A stretch of DNA of 33,248 bases from Nitrospinae bacterium RIFCSPLOWO2_12_FULL_45_22 (GCA_001803565.1 MHDQ01000302.1:1-33248); one strand, 5' to 3'; shown: positions 1 to 7,139, counted from the first letter of the stretch. Notes: a model not told the origin generated them from the letters alone. Translations and numbers: made by a program.

Positions 1-769
1 AGAAGGAAGATATATTTATTGCGTAATAGGGACGGATCAAGAGAGAAACTTTGGCCTTATGGGTATTGGCGGTCGGGGGGACGAGGTATATACCCTTTGT
101 TATCAAGGTCAGGCCGCGGTCATCAGTAATTCTCCTGTCACGCAATATCCTATCTCCCGGGAGAATATCCTGGCCCATCAAAGGGTCATGGAAAGGGTAA
201 TGGGGGATTATACTGTTTTGCCGGTGAGGTTTGGGACCATTGCAGAGAGTAAAGACGGGGTTTCTGCCGAGCAGAGGATCAAAGAGAAGGTTTTACGGGG
301 AAGATATAAGGAATTAGAGGGTCTACTCCAGACAATGGAGAACAAGGTAGAGCTTGGCGTAAAGGCCTTATGGGCTGATATGAGTTTGATCTTTGGGGAA
401 ATCATTCAGGAAAACAAGGAGATTAGAATACTAAAGAAAAAGATAGAAGCCAGACCCCCTCTCCAGACCCGTGATGAGAGAATTGCCCTGGGAGAGATGG
501 TGCAATCCAGATTGGAGGCAAAAAGGGAAAAGGAGGGGAAGGCTCTCTTAACTGCCCTAAAAAAGATAGCAGCCGATTACCGGACCAATAAGCCCCTTGG
601 CGACCGGATGATAATGAATGCTGCCTTCTTAGTAAATACTGATGCCATGGAAGATTTCGATAATCAAGTAAATAAATTAGCGGCTGAAGGTCAGGAGAGA
701 ATAAAGCTTAAGTATGTCGGCCCGGTACCGCCCTGCAATTTTGTGGATTTAACCGTTACCTGGGAATAA
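1..769 (+). CDS. gvpF: Gas vesicle protein GvpF/GvpL family, 5'-partial (continues upstream of the window)
   Basis: ORF 59..769 carries GvpF/L hallmarks (EVYTLCY, TVLPVRFGTI). The in-frame translation of nt 2..58 (GRYIYCVIGTDQERNFGL) aligns with the RYIYCIVESNDRLSLGRIGIGGNEVYTI core of the paralogue at 5568..6773. The true start therefore lies off-window. Confidence 0.85.
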   Translation, partial: EGRYIYCVIGTDQERNFGLMGIGGRGDEVYTLCYQGQAAVISNSPVTQYPISRENILAHQRVMERVMGDYTVLPVRFGTIAESKDGVSAEQRIKEKVLRGRYKELEGLLQTMENKVELGVKALWADMSLIFGEIIQENKEIRILKKKIEARPPLQTRDERIALGEMVQSRLEAKREKEGKALLTALKKIAADYRTNKPLGDRMIMNAAFLVNTDAMEDFDNQVNKLAAEGQERIKLKYVGPVPPCNFVDLTVTWE

Positions 770-781
770 AAGGAGGAGAAG

Positions 782-1054
782 ATGGCAAACCAAGAAGATA
801 TGGGCTTAGGTTTCCTGGACATATTATTCCCCTTTTTCATTCCTCTAAAGGGGCTGATGTGGATTGGGGGAAAGGTTAAGGAAATGGTAGAAAGGGAAAT
901 GACTGATGAACCCAAAATTCACGAAGAGCTGCTAGAACTCCAGATGCGCCTTGAGATGGATGAGATAACGGAAGAGGAATATGAAAAAAGCGAGGGCAAA
1001 CTAATGGAGAAATTAGAAGAGATCAGGAGATATAAAGAAAAGGAAGGGGGGTGA
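782..1054 (+). CDS. gvpG: Gas vesicle protein GvpG
   Basis: 90 aa; LGFLDILFPFFIPLKGLMWI plus an acidic ELLELQMRLEMDEITEEEYE motif typical of GvpG; RBS aaaggagg 6 nt upstream. Confidence 0.85.
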   Translation: MANQEDMGLGFLDILFPFFIPLKGLMWIGGKVKEMVEREMTDEPKIHEELLELQMRLEMDEITEEEYEKSEGKLMEKLEEIRRYKEKEGG

Positions 1055-1058
1055 GAAG

Positions 1059-1280
1059 ATGGAGGCAAAGATTAGACCAGCATCAAGAACAGGACCCTTT
1101 AAATGCCTCAGATGCGGGAGTATAACCGCGAGTGGGTTAAAGTATTGCACCCAATGCGGCGAGAAGCTTACTATAGAATGTCCTGGCTGTAACACTACCT
1201 GGCGTTTTTATTCCTATTATCCTTACTGCCCAGAGTGTGGGACAAAGACCAGCCAGAGATACGCTGAGGCTGCTCGCTAG
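1059..1280 (+). CDS. Small zinc-ribbon protein (two CxxC pairs)
   Basis: 73 aa; CLRCG..CTQCG and CPGC..CPECG motifs; RBS aaggaaggggg upstream; coupled to gvpG. Confidence 0.7.
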   Translation: MEAKIRPASRTGPFKCLRCGSITASGLKYCTQCGEKLTIECPGCNTTWRFYSYYPYCPECGTKTSQRYAEAAR

Positions 1281-1406
1281 CACGAGAAATAAATAAAAAA
1301 TAAAAAAATGTGGACACGAATTTTATTCGTACTATCGAGGGAGCGGATAAATCCGTGCCCTCAATATTCTCATAAGCATAAGGGAAAATAACAAGGAGGA
1401 AAGAAG

Positions 1407-1673
1407 ATGGTTTTATCTTTAGATCAATTAATTCTACGGGCCCGGGAACAACTCAACAAAATCACCGGCTTAAAATTGTCCACTACCCTGGGAGTCACCA
1501 GGCATAATGGTACCTGGGTTGTCTCTGTGGAGTTGGTGGAAAAACATTCCATCCCTGATGGAATGGATATCCTGGCAACTTATGAGGTCAATATGGATGA
1601 AGAGGGTACCCTTGTCGATTTTAAGCGTAAAAGGCTCCGGAAACGGATAGATACCGAGGACGCAGAGGCATAG
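1407..1673 (+). CDS. gvpO: Gas vesicle protein GvpO
   Basis: 88 aa; GVTRHNGTWVVSVELVEKHSIPDGMDILATYEVNMDEEG matches the conserved GvpO core (…GxWxVxVEVVExxxxPDxxDILxxYEVxLDxxG…); strong RBS aaggagg. Confidence 0.85.
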   Translation: MVLSLDQLILRAREQLNKITGLKLSTTLGVTRHNGTWVVSVELVEKHSIPDGMDILATYEVNMDEEGTLVDFKRKRLRKRIDTEDAEA

Positions 1674-1756
1674 CTGAATGTTTGCGCTCATAGAGAATAG
1701 TTATCTGCGTGAATCTGCGTCCTAAATATAATTTAAGAGATAAAGGAACGAGACTA

Positions 1757-2680
1757 ATGCCACATCAAGGGCCAGGCTTTTTAGAAAACCAGGAGCTGCA
1801 ATTGATACTCTTCGGGGGGAAAGGCGGGAGTGGCAAGACCACCTTTGCGGCAGCCACTGCAATATATCGAGCCCAATCCAGCAAAAATAAAAAAATACTG
1901 GCCGTATCTACTGACCCGGCCCATTCCCTGGGGGATAGTTTCGGGGTCTTCATTGGGGACGAGCTTATACCCGTCAACGGTATAGAAAATCTGTGGGGGC
2001 TAGAGATAAATGCCCCGAAATTGCTGGAAGATTTCAAACAGAGACACGAGAAGGCAATCAAGAAACTGGCTGATCGTGGCACTTACTTTGACCAACAGGA
2101 TATAGCCGATTTCTTCTCCCTCTCATTACCCGGACTGGATGAAGTTATGGCCATCATAGAGATTGCCAATATCCTTAAGAATGGACAGTATGATCTGATT
2201 ATACTGGATACGGCTCCTACCGGGCATACCATTAATCTATTGGCCCTGCCCGAACAGATGGAAAAGTGGATCAAGGTCTTCGATCTGATGCAGGAAAAGC
2301 ACCGCTATATGGGGACGCATTTCACCGGTAGGAGGTATGTCAAAGATGATGCCGATGAGTTTATTGAGATGATGACCAGGGATATCGGCAGGGTGAAAAA
2401 CCTTCTTATGGATAAAAAAATAACGGAGTTTGTCCCGGTTACTATTCCAGAACCAATGAGTATATATGAGACCGAACGGCTTTTGGCGGTTTTGAAAGAT
2501 TATAAGATTTCTGTTAAAAGTATTATTGCTAACCGAGTTATTATTGATGAGGGGGTAGATTGTCCTTCCTGTCTGTCCAGAATAAGAGAAAAGGAGAAGT
2601 ATATAAGAGAGATGGAGAGAAGTTCGCTCTTTATAATCTCCTTAAAATGCCTTTATTCCCTGCCGAAGTTAGGGGGATAG
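1757..2680 (+). CDS. ArsA/GET3-family P-loop ATPase (single-domain), copy 1
   Basis: Deviant Walker A LFGGKGGSGKTT, switch region DTAPTGHT, C-terminal CPSC pair. ORF opens at GTG 1709, but the ATG at 1757 has RBS aaagga and is the likelier start. Confidence 0.85.
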   Translation: MPHQGPGFLENQELQLILFGGKGGSGKTTFAAATAIYRAQSSKNKKILAVSTDPAHSLGDSFGVFIGDELIPVNGIENLWGLEINAPKLLEDFKQRHEKAIKKLADRGTYFDQQDIADFFSLSLPGLDEVMAIIEIANILKNGQYDLIILDTAPTGHTINLLALPEQMEKWIKVFDLMQEKHRYMGTHFTGRRYVKDDADEFIEMMTRDIGRVKNLLMDKKITEFVPVTIPEPMSIYETERLLAVLKDYKISVKSIIANRVIIDEGVDCPSCLSRIREKEKYIREMERSSLFIISLKCLYSLPKLGG

Positions 2681-2730
2681 GGACCCTAAAGAAATTTATT
2701 GAGATATTGCAAGGAAATGGGGAAACATTC

Positions 2731-3756
2731 ATGAGCCCTCGGCTCACAAAGGATGATGAAAATATGTGGGATAGGAATGTACCGCATATCGATAGGCGGG
2801 GTTTTCTAACCCCGCAAAAACCATTTTCAGGAAAAGCCCCCTTAAATCGTGAATTCATCCTTTTTGGGGGCAAAGGCGGGGTAGGCAAGACTTCCCTGGC
2901 TGCCGCTACGGCCTTATGGCTAGCCAGAGAGGAGCGTAGCAAAAAAGTCCTGGCCTTCTCTACCGACCCGCCCATAGGGGATAAGATTACCCCTATAGAA
3001 GAGGTAGACAATCTTTATGCCCTGGAGATAAATGCCGCTAAATTACTGGAGGATTTTAAAGAGGAATACAGAGATGATATAAATGAAATGTTTGATAGGT
3101 TCTTGGCCGGAGGAATAGATGTCAAGTTTGATCGGGAGGTAATGACTGAGCTTATTTCCCTTGCGCCTCCTGGGTTAGATGAGATCATGGCCCTGGATAA
3201 GATTATAGATCTCAGAGATGCCCGGGAATTTGATCTGTTTATCCTGGACTCGGCTGCTACTGGACATCTACTCCGCTTCCTGGAACTGCCTGATCTGATC
3301 CGGGATTGGTTAAAAACCCTCTTCAAGATAATATTGAAATACAAGGGGATGGTACGCCTAACCAAGGTGGCTGAAAATTTGCTAAAACAGTCCAAAAATA
3401 CAAGAAAGATACAGGAAGCGCTTACAGACCCCCTCAGGAGTGAGTTTGTGGCAATAACCATCCCTGAGGCCATGGGTGTGTTGGAGATGGAAAGACTTCT
3501 ATCAGGCCTTAGTAGACTGAAGATACCCTGCCACCATATCATTATCAATATGGTCATTCCCCCAACGGATTGTAGTTTTTGCTCCTTCAAACGGAATGAA
3601 CAACAAAAGTATGTTAAGGCAATAAGAGATAACTTTGCCCGGTATCTGGTTTCCGAAATTCCCTTATTCCCCCATGAAATAAAGGAGAGAGAAAGATTGA
3701 ACGATCTTGCCGCGATGATGTATGATCCGGTCGAGGAGGTAATAAAAAGCGCCTGA
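2731..3756 (+). CDS. ArsA/GET3-family P-loop ATPase (single-domain), copy 2, with N-terminal 'GFLTPQK' module
   Basis: LFGGKGGVGKTS Walker A, DSAATGHLLRF switch, CSFCS pair. ORF opens at TTG 2560 overlapping copy 1; the ATG at 2731 with ggggaaa RBS is preferred, and the start is uncertain by about ±85 nt. Confidence 0.8.
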   Translation: MSPRLTKDDENMWDRNVPHIDRRGFLTPQKPFSGKAPLNREFILFGGKGGVGKTSLAAATALWLAREERSKKVLAFSTDPPIGDKITPIEEVDNLYALEINAAKLLEDFKEEYRDDINEMFDRFLAGGIDVKFDREVMTELISLAPPGLDEIMALDKIIDLRDAREFDLFILDSAATGHLLRFLELPDLIRDWLKTLFKIILKYKGMVRLTKVAENLLKQSKNTRKIQEALTDPLRSEFVAITIPEAMGVLEMERLLSGLSRLKIPCHHIIINMVIPPTDCSFCSFKRNEQQKYVKAIRDNFARYLVSEIPLFPHEIKERERLNDLAAMMYDPVEEVIKSA

Positions 3757-3811
3757 AGATAGAGATGTTTATCTATTCAGTGAAATGACTATTCCGATGA
3801 GGTAAGCAAAG

Positions 3812-4180
3812 ATGGTCCTAGAAGCCAGCAGAAACTCCAGCAGTACCTTAGTAGATGTAATAGATAGGATACTGGATAAGGGATTGGTGATCAATGCCGA
3901 TATAACTGTTTCCCTGGCTGGAGTAGAGTTGCTGGGTATCAAGATAAGGGCGGCTCTGGCTTCTTTCGAGACCGCAGCTAGATATGGCTTAGAGTTTCCC
4001 TCGGGGACTAATTATGAAACCTCAGCCTGGCAAGAAGCCCGGATAGGTAAAGAGAATTGTCCGCAGTGTGATAAGAGGACGCCGGTAGAGGAGCTTATTA
4101 GCACCGGCTGCCCCTGGTGTGGATGGATAAGTGCCAAGGCCAAGACCCTGGCCCAAAAAGCCGCCCCATCAATGATGTGA
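3812..4180 (+). CDS. GvpA/GvpJ/GvpM-fold gas vesicle protein fused to a C-terminal zinc ribbon
   Basis: N-terminus [39 protein letters not shown] is the GvpA/J/M signature; C-terminus has CPQC…CPWCGW. Confidence 0.8.
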   Translation: MVLEASRNSSSTLVDVIDRILDKGLVINADITVSLAGVELLGIKIRAALASFETAARYGLEFPSGTNYETSAWQEARIGKENCPQCDKRTPVEELISTGCPWCGWISAKAKTLAQKAAPSMM

Positions 4181-4222
4181 GGCAACTTAATTACTGGTCT
4201 GAGAGGTAAAGAAGGTGTCGAA

Positions 4223-4555
4223 ATGGTTTTAGAATTCTTTTCCATCCCAGGAGCCCTTTTAAATGAAATTGATAAATATGCCTGTCAGCAGAGGGAAAGA
4301 GAGGCCAGAAATACCTACTGGATAAGGTGTCCCAATTGCGGAAAGCAGGTAGTAAAAAGGGAATTGATCAAGAAGGGGTGTTATGTATGCAACTGGCAGG
4401 GGACTGAAGATAAAATTAAACCGGCCAATCAAGAAACCAGGGATAGGCCAAATCCTTATAAGACAAATTGTCCCCGCTGCGGAGCCCGGGTGATAACCGA
4501 CCAACTACAAGAAAATGGGTGTTATCTCTGTGGATGGAAAGCTCCAAAGGATTAG
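4223..4555 (+). CDS. Double zinc-ribbon protein
   Basis: 110 aa; CPNCG…CYVCNW and CPRCG…CYLCGW, two ribbon units. Confidence 0.65.
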   Translation: MVLEFFSIPGALLNEIDKYACQQREREARNTYWIRCPNCGKQVVKRELIKKGCYVCNWQGTEDKIKPANQETRDRPNPYKTNCPRCGARVITDQLQENGCYLCGWKAPKD

Positions 4556-4558
4556 AAG

Positions 4559-4630
4559 GATAAATCCAAAGTTCAAAATCCAGATGCCAAAATATTTGAG
4601 CTTTGACATTTGGGCTTTTATTTTTAAGGA
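4559..4630 (+). promoter_or_regulatory. Conserved ~70-nt upstream element, copy A (precedes the Hsp20/gvpH-like gene)
   Basis: Near-identical to 5482..5553 (about 4 mismatches over ~72 nt); contains TTGACA at 4603..4608 and a T-rich tract. Confidence 0.7.
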
Positions 4631-4638
4631 TTAGAAGG

Positions 4639-5148
4639 ATGGATGAGATGGATAGAGAAGAAGGAGAAAAAGAGATAAAAAAATCTGAAGAAGACGAGGA
4701 TCGGGAGCCTGAAGGGATAGCCGGTAATGTGCTTAAGGGATTAGGTGATATTATTCCTGGGCTGGGTGGCTTGATCAAGGGCTTGAAGAAATCGGCGGCC
4801 TTCCAGGATAGGTTGAAAGTGATAGATGCGGAGGTTGAGGCCAGGTTAAAGGGGAAAGGATTGACTGAAAAGGAAGGAGAAATCTACCGATCAAGACCGA
4901 CGGTTGCAACCCCTAAGGAGGTTCCAGTAGAGCTCTTTGATGAAGGAGATTATTGGAGGGTAATCGCGGAATTGCCCGGGATAGAAGAAAAGGATATTAA
5001 GGTTGATCTGGAGGGTGCCAGGGTATTCATATCTGTCAATAGCTCCCAGCGTAAATATCACCGGGAAATCAACCTGGCTTGTACCCCTAAAGGCGATCTC
5101 AAAAAAGTTTATAAAAATGGGATACTAGAGATCACTATAGAAAAATAA
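4639..5148 (+). CDS. gvpH: Hsp20/alpha-crystallin-family protein (GvpH-like)
   Basis: ACD motifs WRVIAELPGIEEKDIKVDL … YKNGILEITIEK; start chosen at MDEMDREEG with RBS agaagg (ORF 4603 begins inside the repeat). Confidence 0.8.
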   Translation: MDEMDREEGEKEIKKSEEDEDREPEGIAGNVLKGLGDIIPGLGGLIKGLKKSAAFQDRLKVIDAEVEARLKGKGLTEKEGEIYRSRPTVATPKEVPVELFDEGDYWRVIAELPGIEEKDIKVDLEGARVFISVNSSQRKYHREINLACTPKGDLKKVYKNGILEITIEK

Positions 5149-5156
5149 CGAAGATT

Positions 5157-5480
5157 ATGCCTATTGATATTGATCAGGATAATTTGCGACATGGGGTCTT
5201 AGGTCTAGTTCTAGCCCTGGTGGAGATAATCAGAGATGCGTTGAGGCTCCAGGCCTTCAGACGCATGGAGGGAGGCAGCTTGACCGAGAAAGAGATTGAA
5301 CGATTAGGAGAGGCCTTGTTGGACCTGGATACCGCCATTGACCAGATCAAAGAAGAGCAAGGGATTACTGAGGCGGTTCAGGGTGTGAGAGATGGCCTGG
5401 ACAGCATTGTAGATGAAGTTATAGACCAGTTTGTTAACCCAGAACGGTGGGAAGAAAAAGCCAGAGAAAAGCGGGCTTGA
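5157..5480 (+). CDS. gvpK: Gas vesicle protein GvpK
   Basis: HGVLGLVLALVEIIRDALRLQAFRRMEGGSLTEKEIERLGEAL closely matches the conserved GvpK core. Confidence 0.9.
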   Translation: MPIDIDQDNLRHGVLGLVLALVEIIRDALRLQAFRRMEGGSLTEKEIERLGEALLDLDTAIDQIKEEQGITEAVQGVRDGLDSIVDEVIDQFVNPERWEEKAREKRA

Positions 5481-5481
5481 T

Positions 5482-5553
5482 GATAAATCCAAAGTTCAAA
5501 ATCCAAATGCCAAAATATTTGAGCTTTGACATGTGGGGTTTTTATTTTTAAAG
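5482..5553 (+). promoter_or_regulatory. Conserved ~70-nt upstream element, copy B (precedes the second gvpF/L)
   Basis: Near-identical to 4559..4630. Confidence 0.7.
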
Positions 5554-5567
5554 AAGGGATATTCAGA

Positions 5568-6773
5568 ATGGAGAGGGAAGTATCGCCGCTAAAGGTGTTA
5601 ATAGAGAGAATAATCAAAGATGAGATAGAGGATATGGCTGGGGAGATCAAGTCCCTGGTAAAGCAAACTGTCAAGAGCAGTTTTGTCTCAAAAATTAGAG
5701 AATCAGTGAGAAATGCTATATCAGAGACAATAGAAGAAATATTGCCAGAGACTGGGAAGCCCGGAATTATAACTTGCAGCAATGAAACTCAGTGGGATAA
5801 AGATTTTCCCCATCCATCCTATGAATTGGTACCCGGCGATAGGCAGGGTTTTCTAACCCCGCAAAAAGAATTTGTAACCGTTCACCCACACATTGCCCAC
5901 GATGTCATTCTGAGCGAAAGCGAAGAATCTCTTTCGCCGGAGACCCTTCGCCCCGCTCAGGGTGACAGTCCCAGTGAACGGTTACAAGAATTTAATACCG
6001 GGGATGGCAATAATAGCGGGAGATATATCTATTGTATTGTGGAGAGTAATGATCGGTTAAGCCTTGGCCGGATCGGTATAGGAGGTAATGAGGTGTATAC
6101 TATCCCCTATAAAGACCTGGCTGCCCTAGTCCACAATTGCTCCACCGAACCTTACGCTTCAGAAGATAGTGAAATAGTCAAGGGATGGGTAATGACGCAT
6201 CAAGAAGTCTTGGAAAGGACAGCTCAGAGATTTAGTACCGTGATACCTTTAGGCTTTGACACTATTATCAAAGCTGTAAACGGTCAAACCCCTGAGCAAA
6301 ACCTGATAGAGTGGCTAAAAGGAGATTATGAGAATCTCAAGGTAAAGGTAGCGAGGCTGAAAGGAAAGGAGGAGTATGGGGTACAGATCCTTTGGAACCC
6401 CAAAATTATCGGGCAAAAAATTGCCCAGATCACCCCTGAAATTAAGAAATTAGATGAGGATATAAAATCGAAGCCCAGAGGAATGGCCTATATGTATAAA
6501 CAGAAGCTAGAAGATGCCTTAAAAACTGAGCTAGAAAAGGCGGCTGATCGTTATTTTAAGGAATTTTATGAACAGATTAAGCCCTGGGCAGATGATCTGC
6601 GGGTAGAAAAGACCAAGAAGGCCGAGGAGGGCAAGCATATGCTCATGAATCTCTCCTGCCTGGTGGATAAGGAAAAATATAAAAAGTTGGGTGAAGAACT
6701 GGAGAGGATTAACAATATGGATGGTTTTTTTGTACGCTTTACCGGCCCCTGGCCACCCTATAGCTTTGTCTAG
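5568..6773 (+). CDS. gvpL: GvpF/GvpL-family protein with ~150-aa N-terminal extension carrying the 'GFLTPQK' module
   Basis: C-terminal ~250 aa paralogous to feature 1 (RYIYCIVE…EVYTIPY…). N-terminal extension has WDKDFPH…GDRQGFLTPQKEF. Start taken at MEREVSPLK with RBS aagaaggg. Confidence 0.8.
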   Translation: MEREVSPLKVLIERIIKDEIEDMAGEIKSLVKQTVKSSFVSKIRESVRNAISETIEEILPETGKPGIITCSNETQWDKDFPHPSYELVPGDRQGFLTPQKEFVTVHPHIAHDVILSESEESLSPETLRPAQGDSPSERLQEFNTGDGNNSGRYIYCIVESNDRLSLGRIGIGGNEVYTIPYKDLAALVHNCSTEPYASEDSEIVKGWVMTHQEVLERTAQRFSTVIPLGFDTIIKAVNGQTPEQNLIEWLKGDYENLKVKVARLKGKEEYGVQILWNPKIIGQKIAQITPEIKKLDEDIKSKPRGMAYMYKQKLEDALKTELEKAADRYFKEFYEQIKPWADDLRVEKTKKAEEGKHMLMNLSCLVDKEKYKKLGEELERINNMDGFFVRFTGPWPPYSFV

Positions 6774-6775
6774 AA

Positions 6776-7033
6776 ATGGAACCAACCAGAAATACCCATG
6801 CAACTTTAGTAGATTTATTGGACCGCATCCTGGATAAGGGGCTGGTGATACATGCCGATATTATCGTATCAGTGGCAGGAATACCCTTAATCGGGGTTAA
6901 TTTGCGGGCTGCCCTGGCAGGAATGGAAACGATGCTAAGATACGGTGTACTGCAGGCCTGGGATGAAGGCACCAGGGCCTGGGAACGGAGACAGAGAATG
7001 AAAGGAGAAATGGGAGTTTCTTCAGCAGTTTAG
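6776..7033 (+). CDS. GvpJ/GvpM-type small gas vesicle protein
   Basis: [47 protein letters not shown]; start 3 nt after the gvpL stop (coupled). Confidence 0.85.
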   Translation: MEPTRNTHATLVDLLDRILDKGLVIHADIIVSVAGIPLIGVNLRAALAGMETMLRYGVLQAWDEGTRAWERRQRMKGEMGVSSAV

Positions 7034-7063
7034 CCAAATTAGGCTCATAAAACCATAAAGAGA

Positions 7064-7130
7064 GGTTGTAGTGGCAGAGCTTGCTCTGCTTGGGTGCTTA
7101 TCGGGATGTCGAGCAAGCTCGACCACTACA
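7064..7130. repeat. REP-like palindromic element: two inverted copies of a 23-nt unit (TTGTAGTGG + GAGCwwGCTC hairpin) flanking a 21-nt spacer
   Basis: 7064..7086 ttgtagtggcagagcttgctctg and 7108..7130 tcgagcaagctcgaccactacaa (reverse-complement orientation). The differences between arms are compensatory within each internal hairpin. Confidence 0.65.
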
Positions 7131-7139
7131 AAAGGAAAC

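Noticed and set aside
4603-4608. TTGACA inside the 70-nt repeat as the −35 box for the downstream genes
   Set aside because: Only ~35 nt separate it from the ATGs in both copies, leaving no room for a −10, a transcription start and a leader containing the observed RBS. The promoter is more likely further upstream in the element, or the gene uses a different sigma factor.
208-5782. Numerous minus-strand ORFs overlapping the Gvp cluster genes (208..405, 691..915, 1013..1195, 1470..1691, 1765..2082, 2083..2274, 2631..3011, 3015..3590, 4012..4245, 4259..4504, 4416..4778, 5304..5492, 5378..5782)
   Set aside because: All are antisense to strongly supported, RBS-preceded plus-strand genes with clear family signatures. 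They are Ser/Pro/Ile-rich and low-complexity with no RBS. 4416..4778 and 5378..5782 merely translate the shared 70-nt upstream repeat.
7071-7139. GTG start at 7071 for dnaK (ORF-track start) and TTG 2560 for ArsA-like copy 2
   Set aside because: The conserved DnaK N-terminus ([14 protein letters not shown]) begins at ATG 7140, and the upstream 69 nt are occupied by the REP-like inverted repeat. The 2560 TTG start would overlap ArsA copy 1 by 120 nt and has no RBS; ATG 2731 does.
7034-7139. Looked for a CIRCE (TTAGCACTC-N9-GAGTGCTAA) or HAIR heat-shock operator and a sigma32-type promoter upstream of dnaK and hsp20
   Set aside because: Neither consensus is present. The palindromes found (GAGCwwGCTC) do not match CIRCE or HAIR. 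The TTGAAA at 9181 upstream of hsp20 lacks a matching CCCCATNT −10.
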